The notes under the pieces were generated by a model. It was not told the DNA's origin. It did not search any database and was given only the letters and a program-made list of their open reading frames with translations. Below are positions 49,466 to 59,855 of a stretch of DNA of 64,000 bases, piece after piece; within the stretch, counting starts at the first letter, position 1, and every line of letters begins with the position of its first letter. The position numbers and the translations under genes are program-made. Source of the DNA: Guillardia theta CCMP2712 (lineage: Eukaryota; Protista; Cryptophyta); contig NW_005434457.1 of the NCBI RefSeq assembly GCF_000315625.1, positions 3,835 through 67,834 of the forward strand. Direction: 5' to 3'.

Positions 49466-50310
49466 TGCGGTGTGTGCCGAGAGAGGATGGGAGGTACCGT
49501 GTGTCTCCCTTTAGTAAGGGGGGATGCAGGGCGAGCGGTATTGCAACACGCAACGTTTCATGTGGATCTCCGTGCCGCGCCATGGCGAGTACGTGACTGA
49601 TACATGGCAGGCAGAGTCCGTGATCAAAAACCTGCGATAGAGGCAGCACCCTGTCCTCCCTCTAGTCATAGATACTGCCACCACCTATTACAGACGTGAT
49701 CTTAAGATTGCATCTTAGTATGATCGTCCTTTCAGTTGCTCCTCTTGCAGTTCCCTGTAATACTCTGACGGTTGTCCGTCAAGCTTGACAGTGAGCGTCT
49801 GCTCGAGCTCCAGTAGCTGCGTTACAGACTACTGGGTCACCATCTACCCATCATGATCTAGCCCAGAATTCCATCAATCCTTCCCTGGAAGAAAGCTTCA
49901 GGTCTGCAGCGTTGACGGCTGTGTGCAACCAAGCTGTTGAGGTGCATCTGAATTAGATTTCATGGCATTTGTCAAAATATAATCCAGCAAAGATGCTCTC
50001 AGCTCTTCCTGTAGACGTCTTCAACCCGAGCATCATGGTACCATCCACCAGGGCTCATCAGTGTGAAGTGAAGAACGTGAAAGACAAGATGATGGTTTGC
50101 ATCAAACTTCATGTTTGTTACATTCAACACCCGAATCTCAATATCATACATCGTCGCCCTGTCTCAGTGTTGCTGCCATCCCGCCTTTGCCCTACAGTTC
50201 CGCAACACAGAAAGCGCTCTTACACCTTCCCTTCCCCAATCCTTATCCTGATCCGAACCTCGTTCTTATTCTTGACTGCATTTTTCATGTTCTGTCACCC
50301 GGTCGCTGCG

Positions 50311-50576
50311 TCATAGTTCGTTCAGGCTCCCCGCCCCCAGCTCCATCCACTCCCCCACCGCGCTCACAACCCGCGCGTTGCTCCGAATGAGGGCGATGGA
50401 GTCGCGGAGAGCGCTGAGCTTCTTGTCCTTGGAGGGCTCGACGTAGCAAACGGATTTGCTGTTGTTGTTGTTGTTGTTGTTGTTGGAGGAGGAGAGGAGG
50501 AGGAGGAGAGGATGGAAGAGGGAGAGGGAGCGACATCAATCATCGAATCGAGAGGGTTACAGGGAGTAGCATGCAT
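50311..50576 (-). pseudogene. Microprotein family copy F (frameshifted in microsatellite, or assembly indel)
   Basis: MHATPCNPLDS... N-terminus like copy E, cassette intact, but ATG-to-stop length is 266 nt (not 3n). Confidence 0.55.
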
Positions 50577-51268
50577 GGCGGTGAGTGATGTGCCGGAGAG
50601 AGGATTGGACGAGGAGTGTGGAGACAGGGTTTTATAGGCTCAGCTTGTTCCTGTAAAAAGGGGGGTAGTTAGAGTGTAAAAGGGGGGTAGGTGTATAACA
50701 TACAAAATTAGGTGGAGTTCTAGAAGTTTCTGGACCTCAGGAGATGCAACGTTTCGTTTCTCTCTCCGCTAAAACTGCTTGAAAAGGGCAAGCGCATGTC
50801 CAAGTCACGGTCGGAGCCATGCCGGCAACACTCAAAGCAACCGCTCGTAAAGCCGCTCAGTCGGAGCCTCGGAGTGTCACAGTGCTGCCAGGCTCTCTGA
50901 GCGACTGACTCTGAGGCGCGCCGCTACGAGGCCACATGTCGACGCCATTGAAAAAAAACGGATAGTTGACTGAAAACTGTCAACTCTGTCCAGTGGTCGC
51001 TGATCATTCATCATGTCCACGTGCAACTCAAATCTCGAGATCTGCCTCCTTCGTTTTGCTTTACTTGGAGTAAAACTGTTCGACGGTCACGGTTACCCCC
51101 GTCACGTTACCCTTGCTCACAAGACCATCCGATCGGGGACCGGCTGAATTGAACATCCTCTCCCCTTGTACGATACCTGCTCCTCCTGCGCATGCTCCCG
51201 TTGTACGGTATCTTCTCCTGCACCTGCTCCCGCGTCCTTCTGTAACAGCACTTGCTGCGTCAACAACC

Positions 51269-51463
51269 ATGCTACGTGAAGGTGCGACTCGTGACTCCCA
51301 GTCCGCCGATCCTGGGAAGCTCTACGCCTACGTCGAGCCCTCCAAGGACAAGAAGCTCAGCGCCCTCCACGACTCCATCGCCCTCATTCGAAGCAACGCG
51401 CGGGTTGTGAGCGCGGTGGGGGAGTGGATGGAGCTGGGGGCGGGAAGCCTGAACGAGCTATGA
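51269..51463 (+). CDS. Microprotein family copy G (64 aa)
   Basis: accATG; MLREGATRDSQSADPGKLYA + YVEPSKDKKLSALHDSIALIRSNARVVSAVGEWMELGAGSLNEL*. Confidence 0.6.
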   Translation: MLREGATRDSQSADPGKLYAYVEPSKDKKLSALHDSIALIRSNARVVSAVGEWMELGAGSLNEL

Positions 51464-52276
51464 CGCTGGTTGGTAAGACTGAGTTGATTATCGAGAGATA
51501 TCAGCGCCATGCAAGCATGAGCGATCAACTGTGCGACGTTGTGTGGAAGATTTCAAGTATCAGGAAGGTTTAGCGTGGTAAGAGACCGTCAATGGGACTC
51601 GGGATGGTAACTCAGAGTCAGTTCAAGGCCGTGAGCAAGAAGCCGAGTGGATTCATGTAATAAACCCTTCAAGGATTCTTCAACCCAAGGGCTGATCAGT
51701 GTCAGTGGAGTGCCTGCGCAGTGCTACTTTCAGCCTTCACGTTGCCCCCCGGTGAGCTCTCACTGAGCAACCCTCGGTGAGCTCTCACTGAGCGGCTGCC
51801 GCGCCGCAGTCAAAAGTCAGTCACTGAGTCAATCAAGGTCAGTGACACTGGCACGGTGACACTGTGACTGAGCCTCGGGCCCTCCGAGGGTATGATCGGA
51901 CTGCCGTTATCGTCACGAGTCAACTTTTACCTCACTAGCCCAGGCTACCGGGACTCCGGGCGACTCGGCCCCGCCGTGACGGGCCCACGGCCACGAGTGC
52001 CCGGCAGACTGCCACCGGGGGCCCGCGGCGGCGCCGATCCGGCAAACCAGCGAACTTCGAACTTCTCCGAGGCTCCGAGCCAGTCTTCCGGGCGGTGGCT
52101 TCCGGCATGTCACACACTGGGTGACGAGTCTCATGCGGTAGCAGCCGCGCCACCGTCGTGACAATAGCCAGTCAGCATCGGCGGACACCGTGGCAGGCGT
52201 CGGTACCGCCGGGCAGCTCGGCCGCGCACTGTGGCACTAGTCGCGGCCCGGCCCGCGCGGAGGCGGCTAGTCACCG

Positions 52277-52428
52277 TGATCGTAAAGTAACGTAACTGCA
52301 GCATTAAATGATCTTGAGCCACCTCCAGGCCCGGGAAGAAGCTCACCCCGTGACTCAGACCCAAGTGACTTAGTTTTTACGATTGACTCAAGATCATTTA
52401 ATGCTGCAGTTACGTTACTTTACGATCA
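52277..52428. repeat. Perfect 42-bp inverted repeat with 68-bp spacer (MITE-like hairpin)
   Basis: TGATCGTAAAGTAACGTAACTGCAGCATTAAATGATCTTGAG (52277-52318) and its exact reverse complement (52387-52428). Confidence 0.9.
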
Positions 52429-52506
52429 ATGTACAAAGTTACACGCGAGTTCGAACTTTCCCCGCGTTACGGGCTGACTCGCTTTCTCTAGCTGGCAAAG
52501 GCACTC

Positions 52507-55500
52507 CTAGCGTTCTCCTTTCCTCGTCCCCTGCACCATCATCGCTGAGTTTGCGCCATCTCAAGCTCTCGATTTCTCACCTCGTCTTCTTCCGTGGCTC
52601 AACTTCCTCCTCCACCACTTCGTCCTCATTCTTCTGCTTCAGTTGTGTGCTCTGCTGACTCTGCTGCGTCGCTCCGCCAACCTCCTCCACCAGCGCCTCC
52701 TGCTAAACACTCAGAACCAGCCACGAGGACGGGATGCACAAACCATGCGGGGAGGGTCGAGGAGGGGGCCTTGTGCCGGCTTCTGTTTCTTCTTCTTGGC
52801 GGAGGCGATGGAGGGAGCCATGTAGGACTCGACCATCGTCTTGTGCCTGTGCCACAGTGAGAGGCAGAGGAGCGAGAGGTGAGGAGATACTTCGACTCCT
52901 CGCACAGCAGCTGAACATCGATGGATCCTCTGTCGTCGGCGTCAAGGGCTGACGAGAAGAGACACAGCAAGGGACCTTGAGGAAGGAGTGATGGAGAGGT
53001 TGCCATCATTCACGAGCTGGAGGGTTGCTAGGAAAGTCCTGCAGACGTCGAAGCGCGACATCCCATGCACCTGACAGCGACAAGGGAAGGGAGGTTAGCG
53101 ACCCCTCACCCCACGTGCTCTCACTCACGATGTTCTCGAAGGGAACCACCTCCTCCACAGCCTTCACTTCTCGCGCGACTCTTCCCTTCACAGTCTCTCC
53201 ATAGGACTGCTGCTCGTCAGCACACCCTCTTCGTCTCCGCCTCCTCCTCACATGGATGTCAAAGGCTGGCCGCTTGTCCTCCTCTTGCAGCTTCGGCTCA
53301 ACTTTGCTCTGCCACTCACGCACCTGCGACACATGAGGGCCGATTGAGACAAGATGGGGAGAGGCCAGTTGGGGGGGGGGGGGGGGGGGGGGGGGGTAGG
53401 GGTAGAGGAGGAAGGAACTCGTCTACGCCCTTGAGGTACTTGTCGACATAAGCCTGGAAGACCTTCAGAAGGAGCTTCGGCCACCCTCAGCCTCACTTTG
53501 CACATTTGCTCGTACGTGAGGTCGTCATGAAACTCTATGTCAGGCTCTGTTGCAGAGCTCAGCAGATTCGCCCGAGCAGCCTCTCTCCTCATCACCTTGC
53601 GTTGCTTTCTTGTGGAGAGCAGCTGAAAAAGTCTCGGGCCCCTCCTCTGTGCCCACGTCACCATTCCCAGCGAAAGGACAAGAATCTTCACCGTTCACAA
53701 AATCGTTGTCCCATCCTCCGTCTCCATCGTCGTCGTCGTCAACCCCTCCGCACATGTCCTCGTACTCCAAGGGCTTCTCCCCTGCAAGGTTGTCCAAGAC
53801 TGAGGGAAAGGAAGGGGCAAGCAGAGCAAGGGTCTGCACCAGCAGCCGGGAGGTCGACCATGTCGTACTCATCTTCTTCAACTTCGAGCAGCTGAAGTTT
53901 CTGCTGGTGACGTCAGCATCTCCAGGTTCAAGCGGTTGACAACCGCGAGGGAAGGAAGGGAACGAGGCCGAGGCTCCCTGCTGCTCTTGAGCTGGAGAGC
54001 AAGCACGCGGTTCCTCTCCTCTACGAACGCCTGTGAAGGTTCAGAGCATGGCTTTCCTGGAGCAGCAAGGGGTGGGGGAGGGGGTGGGGGGGGAGACAAG
54101 TCGACTGAGACGATGAGAGGGACCTTGGAGAACTCGTGGAAGAAGGGAAGCTTGAGCGAGCGCGTCTGATAGGACCACAAGTCCACTGCAACCTCCGTCA
54201 TCAGGATAGGAGGGAAAGCGACAAGAGCTGCAGCAACAACCGCTCGCTGAATGCTGGCGAGATGCGGAGGCCACGTTGGGCTTGCGAGTGGTGGAGGCCT
54301 TCTTGAAGGGGCGGGACGGGATGTCCATCCGGTCATGGGGGTCTGGTTGCAAGTCACTGGGTCCCTTCAGTCTCTTCCATTGCCCTTCACTGACCGAGCA
54401 TCCTCCAGGGATCACTCGCCTCCTCCACTCGATGGCCTCTTGCCGTCTTGCGATCATCTGCTGGGGACAGACATGATTCTTGCGCGCGGTGTCGGTCAAG
54501 TCTCATGCTCACCCTCTGCTTTCCACCCTTGCATGCCTTCCATCCCACCTGCTCCCGGGTCAACGATGAGCAGCCAAGGGCGCGGGGGAGAGCAGGAGGA
54601 GCAGCTGGTAGGAGTGAAGACTCAACACACCTGCAGCATCCTCGTAACCATCGTCGTCGTCGTCTCCCTCATCCTCGTGATCGAAATTAACATCAAAATC
54701 AACCGTCTGCTTGTAGCGATCAGTGAACTCTGTATCTAGCTGTCCTTTCACCTGATCCTTTGCGATGTTGGTGATGTTTGGGTCGTTGAAAGCTTTCTCC
54801 TGCTCCTGCTCAAGCAACTTACTTGACGAGGCTCCGGAGGCGTCCCTCACCTCGGAGCGGAGCTTTTCTACCTCGAGGGATCTCTCGAGTTTGTTGTCTG
54901 TTGTGAAGTTCAAACAAGAGGAAGCCAGCAACTACTCTGTCTCTCACCAAGGATCCCTTGCATACTTGAATCGAGGAGCAGGGCGCCGGAGGAGTGGACA
55001 GTGGCTGTTGAGAGCCTGTGACAAGGCTGAGCAGCATGCAGTGACAGGGCAAGCAGGCGAGACCTGAGGTCTTTGTTGGGGTCGGGGTTCTCGTTGTCCA
55101 CGTCGAGGCTGAGCATGAGGAGCATCGAGTTTTGGTTGGATTTCACGTTCTCGCCATCATCTTCCGCCTGGATGAGAGCAGTTTCAACGCGAGACAAGGA
55201 GAAACGTGGAGCAAGTGCAGTGTCAACAAGCGGAATCGTCGACAACCTCAACGAGGTCGATCGCAGAGCTCTTGGCCTCACGAATGTCATCGAGGGCGAT
55301 GAACTGAACCTCGTCAGCGAAACATTTCTGCTAGATGGGTGAGGACACGGAGGGCAAGACAGAAGTTAAGCACCTCAGGCTCGTTCTCCTCCTCTTCCGC
55401 GTCATCCTTCCTCTTCTGCTGCCTATCTGTGATGATCTCGAGGACAGCAAAGACCAGGCGGTGTAGATATTCGACTTTTCTGCTGTACACACAAGTAGAC

Positions 55501-55782
55501 CCCTGTAGCCTCCATCACAGCGAGTTCACACAACCCGAGCAACCAAACATGCGCACCTGAATGAGAAGTGCTGCTTCTGCAAAGTTCATGATGGTGTTCC
55601 CGCCATCGAGACTAATCTATATCATGTATCACCCACTTGCACACCAGCTGCTACCGACTGATCATTACCTGAAGCATTTCGAGTTCGTTGAGATATTCCT
55701 CGAGGTCATGCGCGATATCAACATTCCAGTTTGATGCAAGATCTCGAATCGGTTCAAGAAGATGTTTGAACCTTCCGCTCAT
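52507..55782 (-). CDS. NCAPH2: Condensin II kleisin subunit CAP-H2
   Basis: [38 protein letters not shown]|[18 protein letters not shown]-terminal TYEQMCK...[24 protein letters not shown]|SYG...[12 protein letters not shown]. Ends approximate. Confidence 0.92.
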
Positions 55783-57336
55783 TGACTGCTCACCGCTGGA
55801 GTAAACATACAAAGGAAGAGGGAACGTTTGCCTGCAATCACCTGATCCTGTTCTGATAACGACGTTTTATCCCTGCGAAACAGTATTCTCAACGGTGATG
55901 TATGCTTAATGGCAAGACATCTTTCCACAAACTGACTGTCCAAGGAGCTTCACAGATATCGTGAATGAAATTCCCATTGATTCATTGACCATCGATAACA
56001 TCATTCTCATCTCACAACACTACGTCTTGTGTTCACTATTCCCTCTATCCGCTTGCTCCCCTCTTCGCTTCCCGATCCACATGAATCTTTCGTCGGAACG
56101 AAAATATGGCTACTTTCGAATCCTCTCTCCTTATTTGTGTTCTTCCATATCTCTACAACTCCCACTCTCTCATTCGAACATTCTGATTTCTTCTCAATGA
56201 ATGTTGTCTGATCATTTTCTGCATTTCTCCTCCTCCCCCTCTCCAACTTCTCACCTTTCGCTGCCCCGCATTTTTGAATTTCAGTTTTGCCCAGCCTACC
56301 ACCCCTACCACCCTTTCCTCGGCACCCAGCCTTTCAAAGCCTCCCAGTACCCTCCACCTCCTAGACCTAATATGTACCCTATAGTTTTACCAACAAATAC
56401 CCCCTGTTTCAGAGGGGATCCATCACTCCATGTACCCCCACCCCTAAAAACTTCTCGTACCCCCAGGATCAGGGTACTGTTGGTTTCTGTACCCACCACA
56501 TACCCGCAGGGTTGTGTACCCACCCACTTGAATACAATCCAGGGAAAGTAAGGGGTACAACCCCGATAGGGCCCATAGAGGGTAGGTACACAACTTATGT
56601 GACTGGGGTACTGAAAGCAAGTACCGGTACTATTTTCTTGTAGTACCGGTGATTTAATGGTGAATTTAGAGGGTCTTTCAATGTCATATGTGAGCGAGGT
56701 GGACTTTGATTCGAGAAATGGGGTAGGGTAGTTTGTTAAAATTGGGGTGGGGTGGTAATGGAGGGCGGCAGAGGAGCGGCGCGTGCGGAATGAGGCGGGG
56801 AGGAGAAGGAGGCGAGAAGGGAAGAAGAGACGAGGAAAGAAGTGAACTGAGACGAGAAACGAACGATCAGGATGTGTTTCATCGCAGAGATGATATCTGA
56901 AATGGGGAGTGTCCTGCTGTGTTGTACGGTGCTGATCATTGGACCCTGGTGCCGAAGGGCAGCATTTCGAGGATCTCTATATAAATGTTTGCAAAGGGGC
57001 GAAAATCGTGTTGGAATCATGTAAAAACTATTCTTCCAACCTGATGTCGTGATCTGGCGGATATTTTTTGCTATAAAAGTGATGGATCTGTTGGCTAAGC
57101 GAAGGATGACAATTAAGTAATCTGAATGCTAGTCTTGTTGAAGGATCCGTGATAGTTAGACTGTGTGCTGATGTATGAAATTGACATGTGCGTCAAGCAT
57201 TGGTGTTGTATGAACTAGCTCATGTGGGAAACGGCCATCAGAGTGGACGAAACAAGGGTCGGACTCACATTCTTGAACCGACATGTGATCCTGTCTGTGA
57301 TTTTTCAGGAGTTGAATCGGGAAATAATTCTTCAAG

Positions 57337-57777
57337 ATGTCGAAGCAACAGAAGACAATGACACAACCTATCGTGAGTTCATGTTGGTCCTCAGTTCCGA
57401 AACTCACACGTTCTCGTCTCGATGGATGAAATGCAGAACCTGATCTTCAGGTTTCTTCAAAACGTGAGAAATGCACATCCGTTGAAAGATAGTCATTGAC
57501 ATGGCGGCAGAAATCGCGCATTCAGATATGGCTGTATGAAAATGCTGATCTGCGCATCGAGGGTCAAATTATTGTGAGTGCTGACAGTGTAGAAATTGTT
57601 GTTCTCTTCTCATGATGTTGGTTGCAGGGGTTTGACGAGTACATGAATCTCGTGCTTGACAATGCAGAAGAGTATCACAAGAAGAAGGGAACGCGCAAGC
57701 CACTGGGAAGGATCCTCCTCAAAGGAGAGAATATAACATTGATGCAAGTTGTGGACGGATCCACTTCATCAGCATGA
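57337..57777 (+). CDS. SNRPE: Small nuclear ribonucleoprotein Sm E (4 exons)
   Basis: [12 protein letters not shown]|NLIFRFLQN|[21 protein letters not shown]|[41 protein letters not shown]; three GTGAG..CAG introns. Missed by the ORF track. Confidence 0.96.
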
Positions 57778-58343
57778 CAGGGCTTGTGAAGCCCTTTCAC
57801 CTTTGAAATCTCTTCCATTGGGATGTGCATGGACTCGCTGGTTTCTGCGATTTCTGATTCTTGGATGGCCCATCCTGTATCTTCAGCTCCCAGTCTTGCT
57901 GGTTAAAATTCTCAGGGTCGCTCAGTTCTAATGCTCAAAGTTCGTCTCGTCAAGGATGTCGAAAGCAGCTTCTGACACGATAATGTACTGCAAACATGTT
58001 TATAAAGAATCAACTGATCGTCATTGTGTGAAAGAGGTAACATGCTAGGATTCTATGCCAGTTTCTTGCACTTTCCTTCCTGTTGAGCGTTTCGTGACTG
58101 GACCGCGTTCCCAGAATTTTTGGTGCCGTTTCTCCTCAGATTGTAAGAGGATGTCGATGAAAGATATTGTATCAATCATACACTTCCTGAACATCAGATG
58201 AGATTCGATCTGCACGTCGTGAGATGAACTGAGATCAAATCAAGCATTCGCGGTTGCTAATTGTGAATCCGAATCAGATTCTCTCCCACCGAAACATTTC
58301 CTACTGCTGTATTTGACTTCATTTTCAACTATAATCATGTTCA

Positions 58344-58344
<1 letters not shown>

Positions 58345-58385
<41 letters not shown>

Positions 58386-58401
58386 TCATCATCATCATCA
58401 T
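58345..58401 (+). repeat. Compound (GTC)n(ATC)n microsatellite
   Basis: Direct reading. Confidence 0.9.
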
Positions 58402-59855
58402 TCTCCAGTATCTCCTCTCACCTTCAGTTTCTCTTCTCCCATTTACATCTTTTCCGCGGCCCACAAAGTTTGCCATGTCCTTACCACCCACCCTTGAAGT
58501 ATTGTTTTCCTCATACCCTACCCTATATAAAACTTCCTTTCACCCTACCATTTTAGATGGATCCTGTCGAATAGTACTACCCTACCTACTTCGGGGAGAA
58601 ATTCCTCCACCCCCTCTGTTGACCCGTAACATTACCCTCCGGAATGCTTCGATTAGACGCTACCTCACCCTACCCCCTGAATCCTTGCTTTTGACCGTCT
58701 GCAGGAGCCAATTACCCCACCCTCTCTTCAAGTACCCCATTTTCATATCACCCTACCACCTATACACAGCTCCAATCCCTGGAAAAAGCCCCCTTCAATC
58801 GATGACCCACCCGAGGCACAATTGTACCCCCTTGAATTTGTACCCACCCTCATCTCATACCACCTTGGTTTGACTACCCCCCAGGATCCCTCCTTTCCCC
58901 CTTTGGGCCTGTCACACCCGGTGTCCGAAACGGTTCCTGAAACATACAAAATAAAATATTTTTAATATGTCAATAATACTTATAGAGTTTTAGAGTAATG
59001 GCTTTTAAAACTGATGTCCAGGAATCCCATGATTAAAATTGTATTAAGCAAGTTTTAAAAGTTATATTTGGGGATTCCGGTTCTAGCTGTGAGAGGAGAG
59101 GATAGAAAATTCATACGAATTAAAATTAAACTATGGTGGATTCTAAAACTTGAAATGGTACAAAGGCTACATATATGGTTTTAAAGTGGTAATTCTACTT
59201 TTAGCGCCAGCTCCGCTGACCATGGCGACCAGCAATGGTAAGGACACTGAGCAAAGAGGCGCGTGTTTGTGCCGCCATGAAAGGCAAGAAGAGTTGAGTA
59301 GAAAGAACGATGAAAACGATATCAATGATGAGGAGATGAGAATCTGCATGTCTTCCTTCTTGTCAACCTGCTTTGTTCTTGTTCATGCTACATTCTTCTA
59401 CGACTGCTGTTTCCCTTCGCCTCCATGCCAATCATCACGATCACAACAACATTGGAGTTACAAAAACCAGGGATAAAATATTTGTCTGCATGCATGTTCG
59501 GGTTGTAATCATTGTCTTCTCTGCTGTGATCATGGTGATGTTGGTTGTTCACATATTCCTCGTCTCAATCATTATTTCTTCTCTACACCTGGATCCACGT
59601 TTCCATCATAGTTTCTCCAGCTACAAACGTATGCATCACTAGAAGTGTCATGATTATCAACAATTTCGTCGCCACCACCATCACCACCACAACAACAACA
59701 AACAACAATCCCTCATCGCTATCCATCTCTTCGCAATCCGCTGCAACATCTTGGCGAGTTGCGATATCAGCCACGTATTTTTTTCCCATGAAAATCATCA
59801 GAAAATTATCCGCTCTACATGTTGCGCATTGCCAATTCTATCTGTCCTCTGCACC

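Noticed and set aside
41276-51463. Repeated 135-bp block as a CRISPR array or simple tandem repeat
   Set aside because: The unit is too long, irregularly spaced, on both strands and codon-structured; no cas genes; eukaryotic context.
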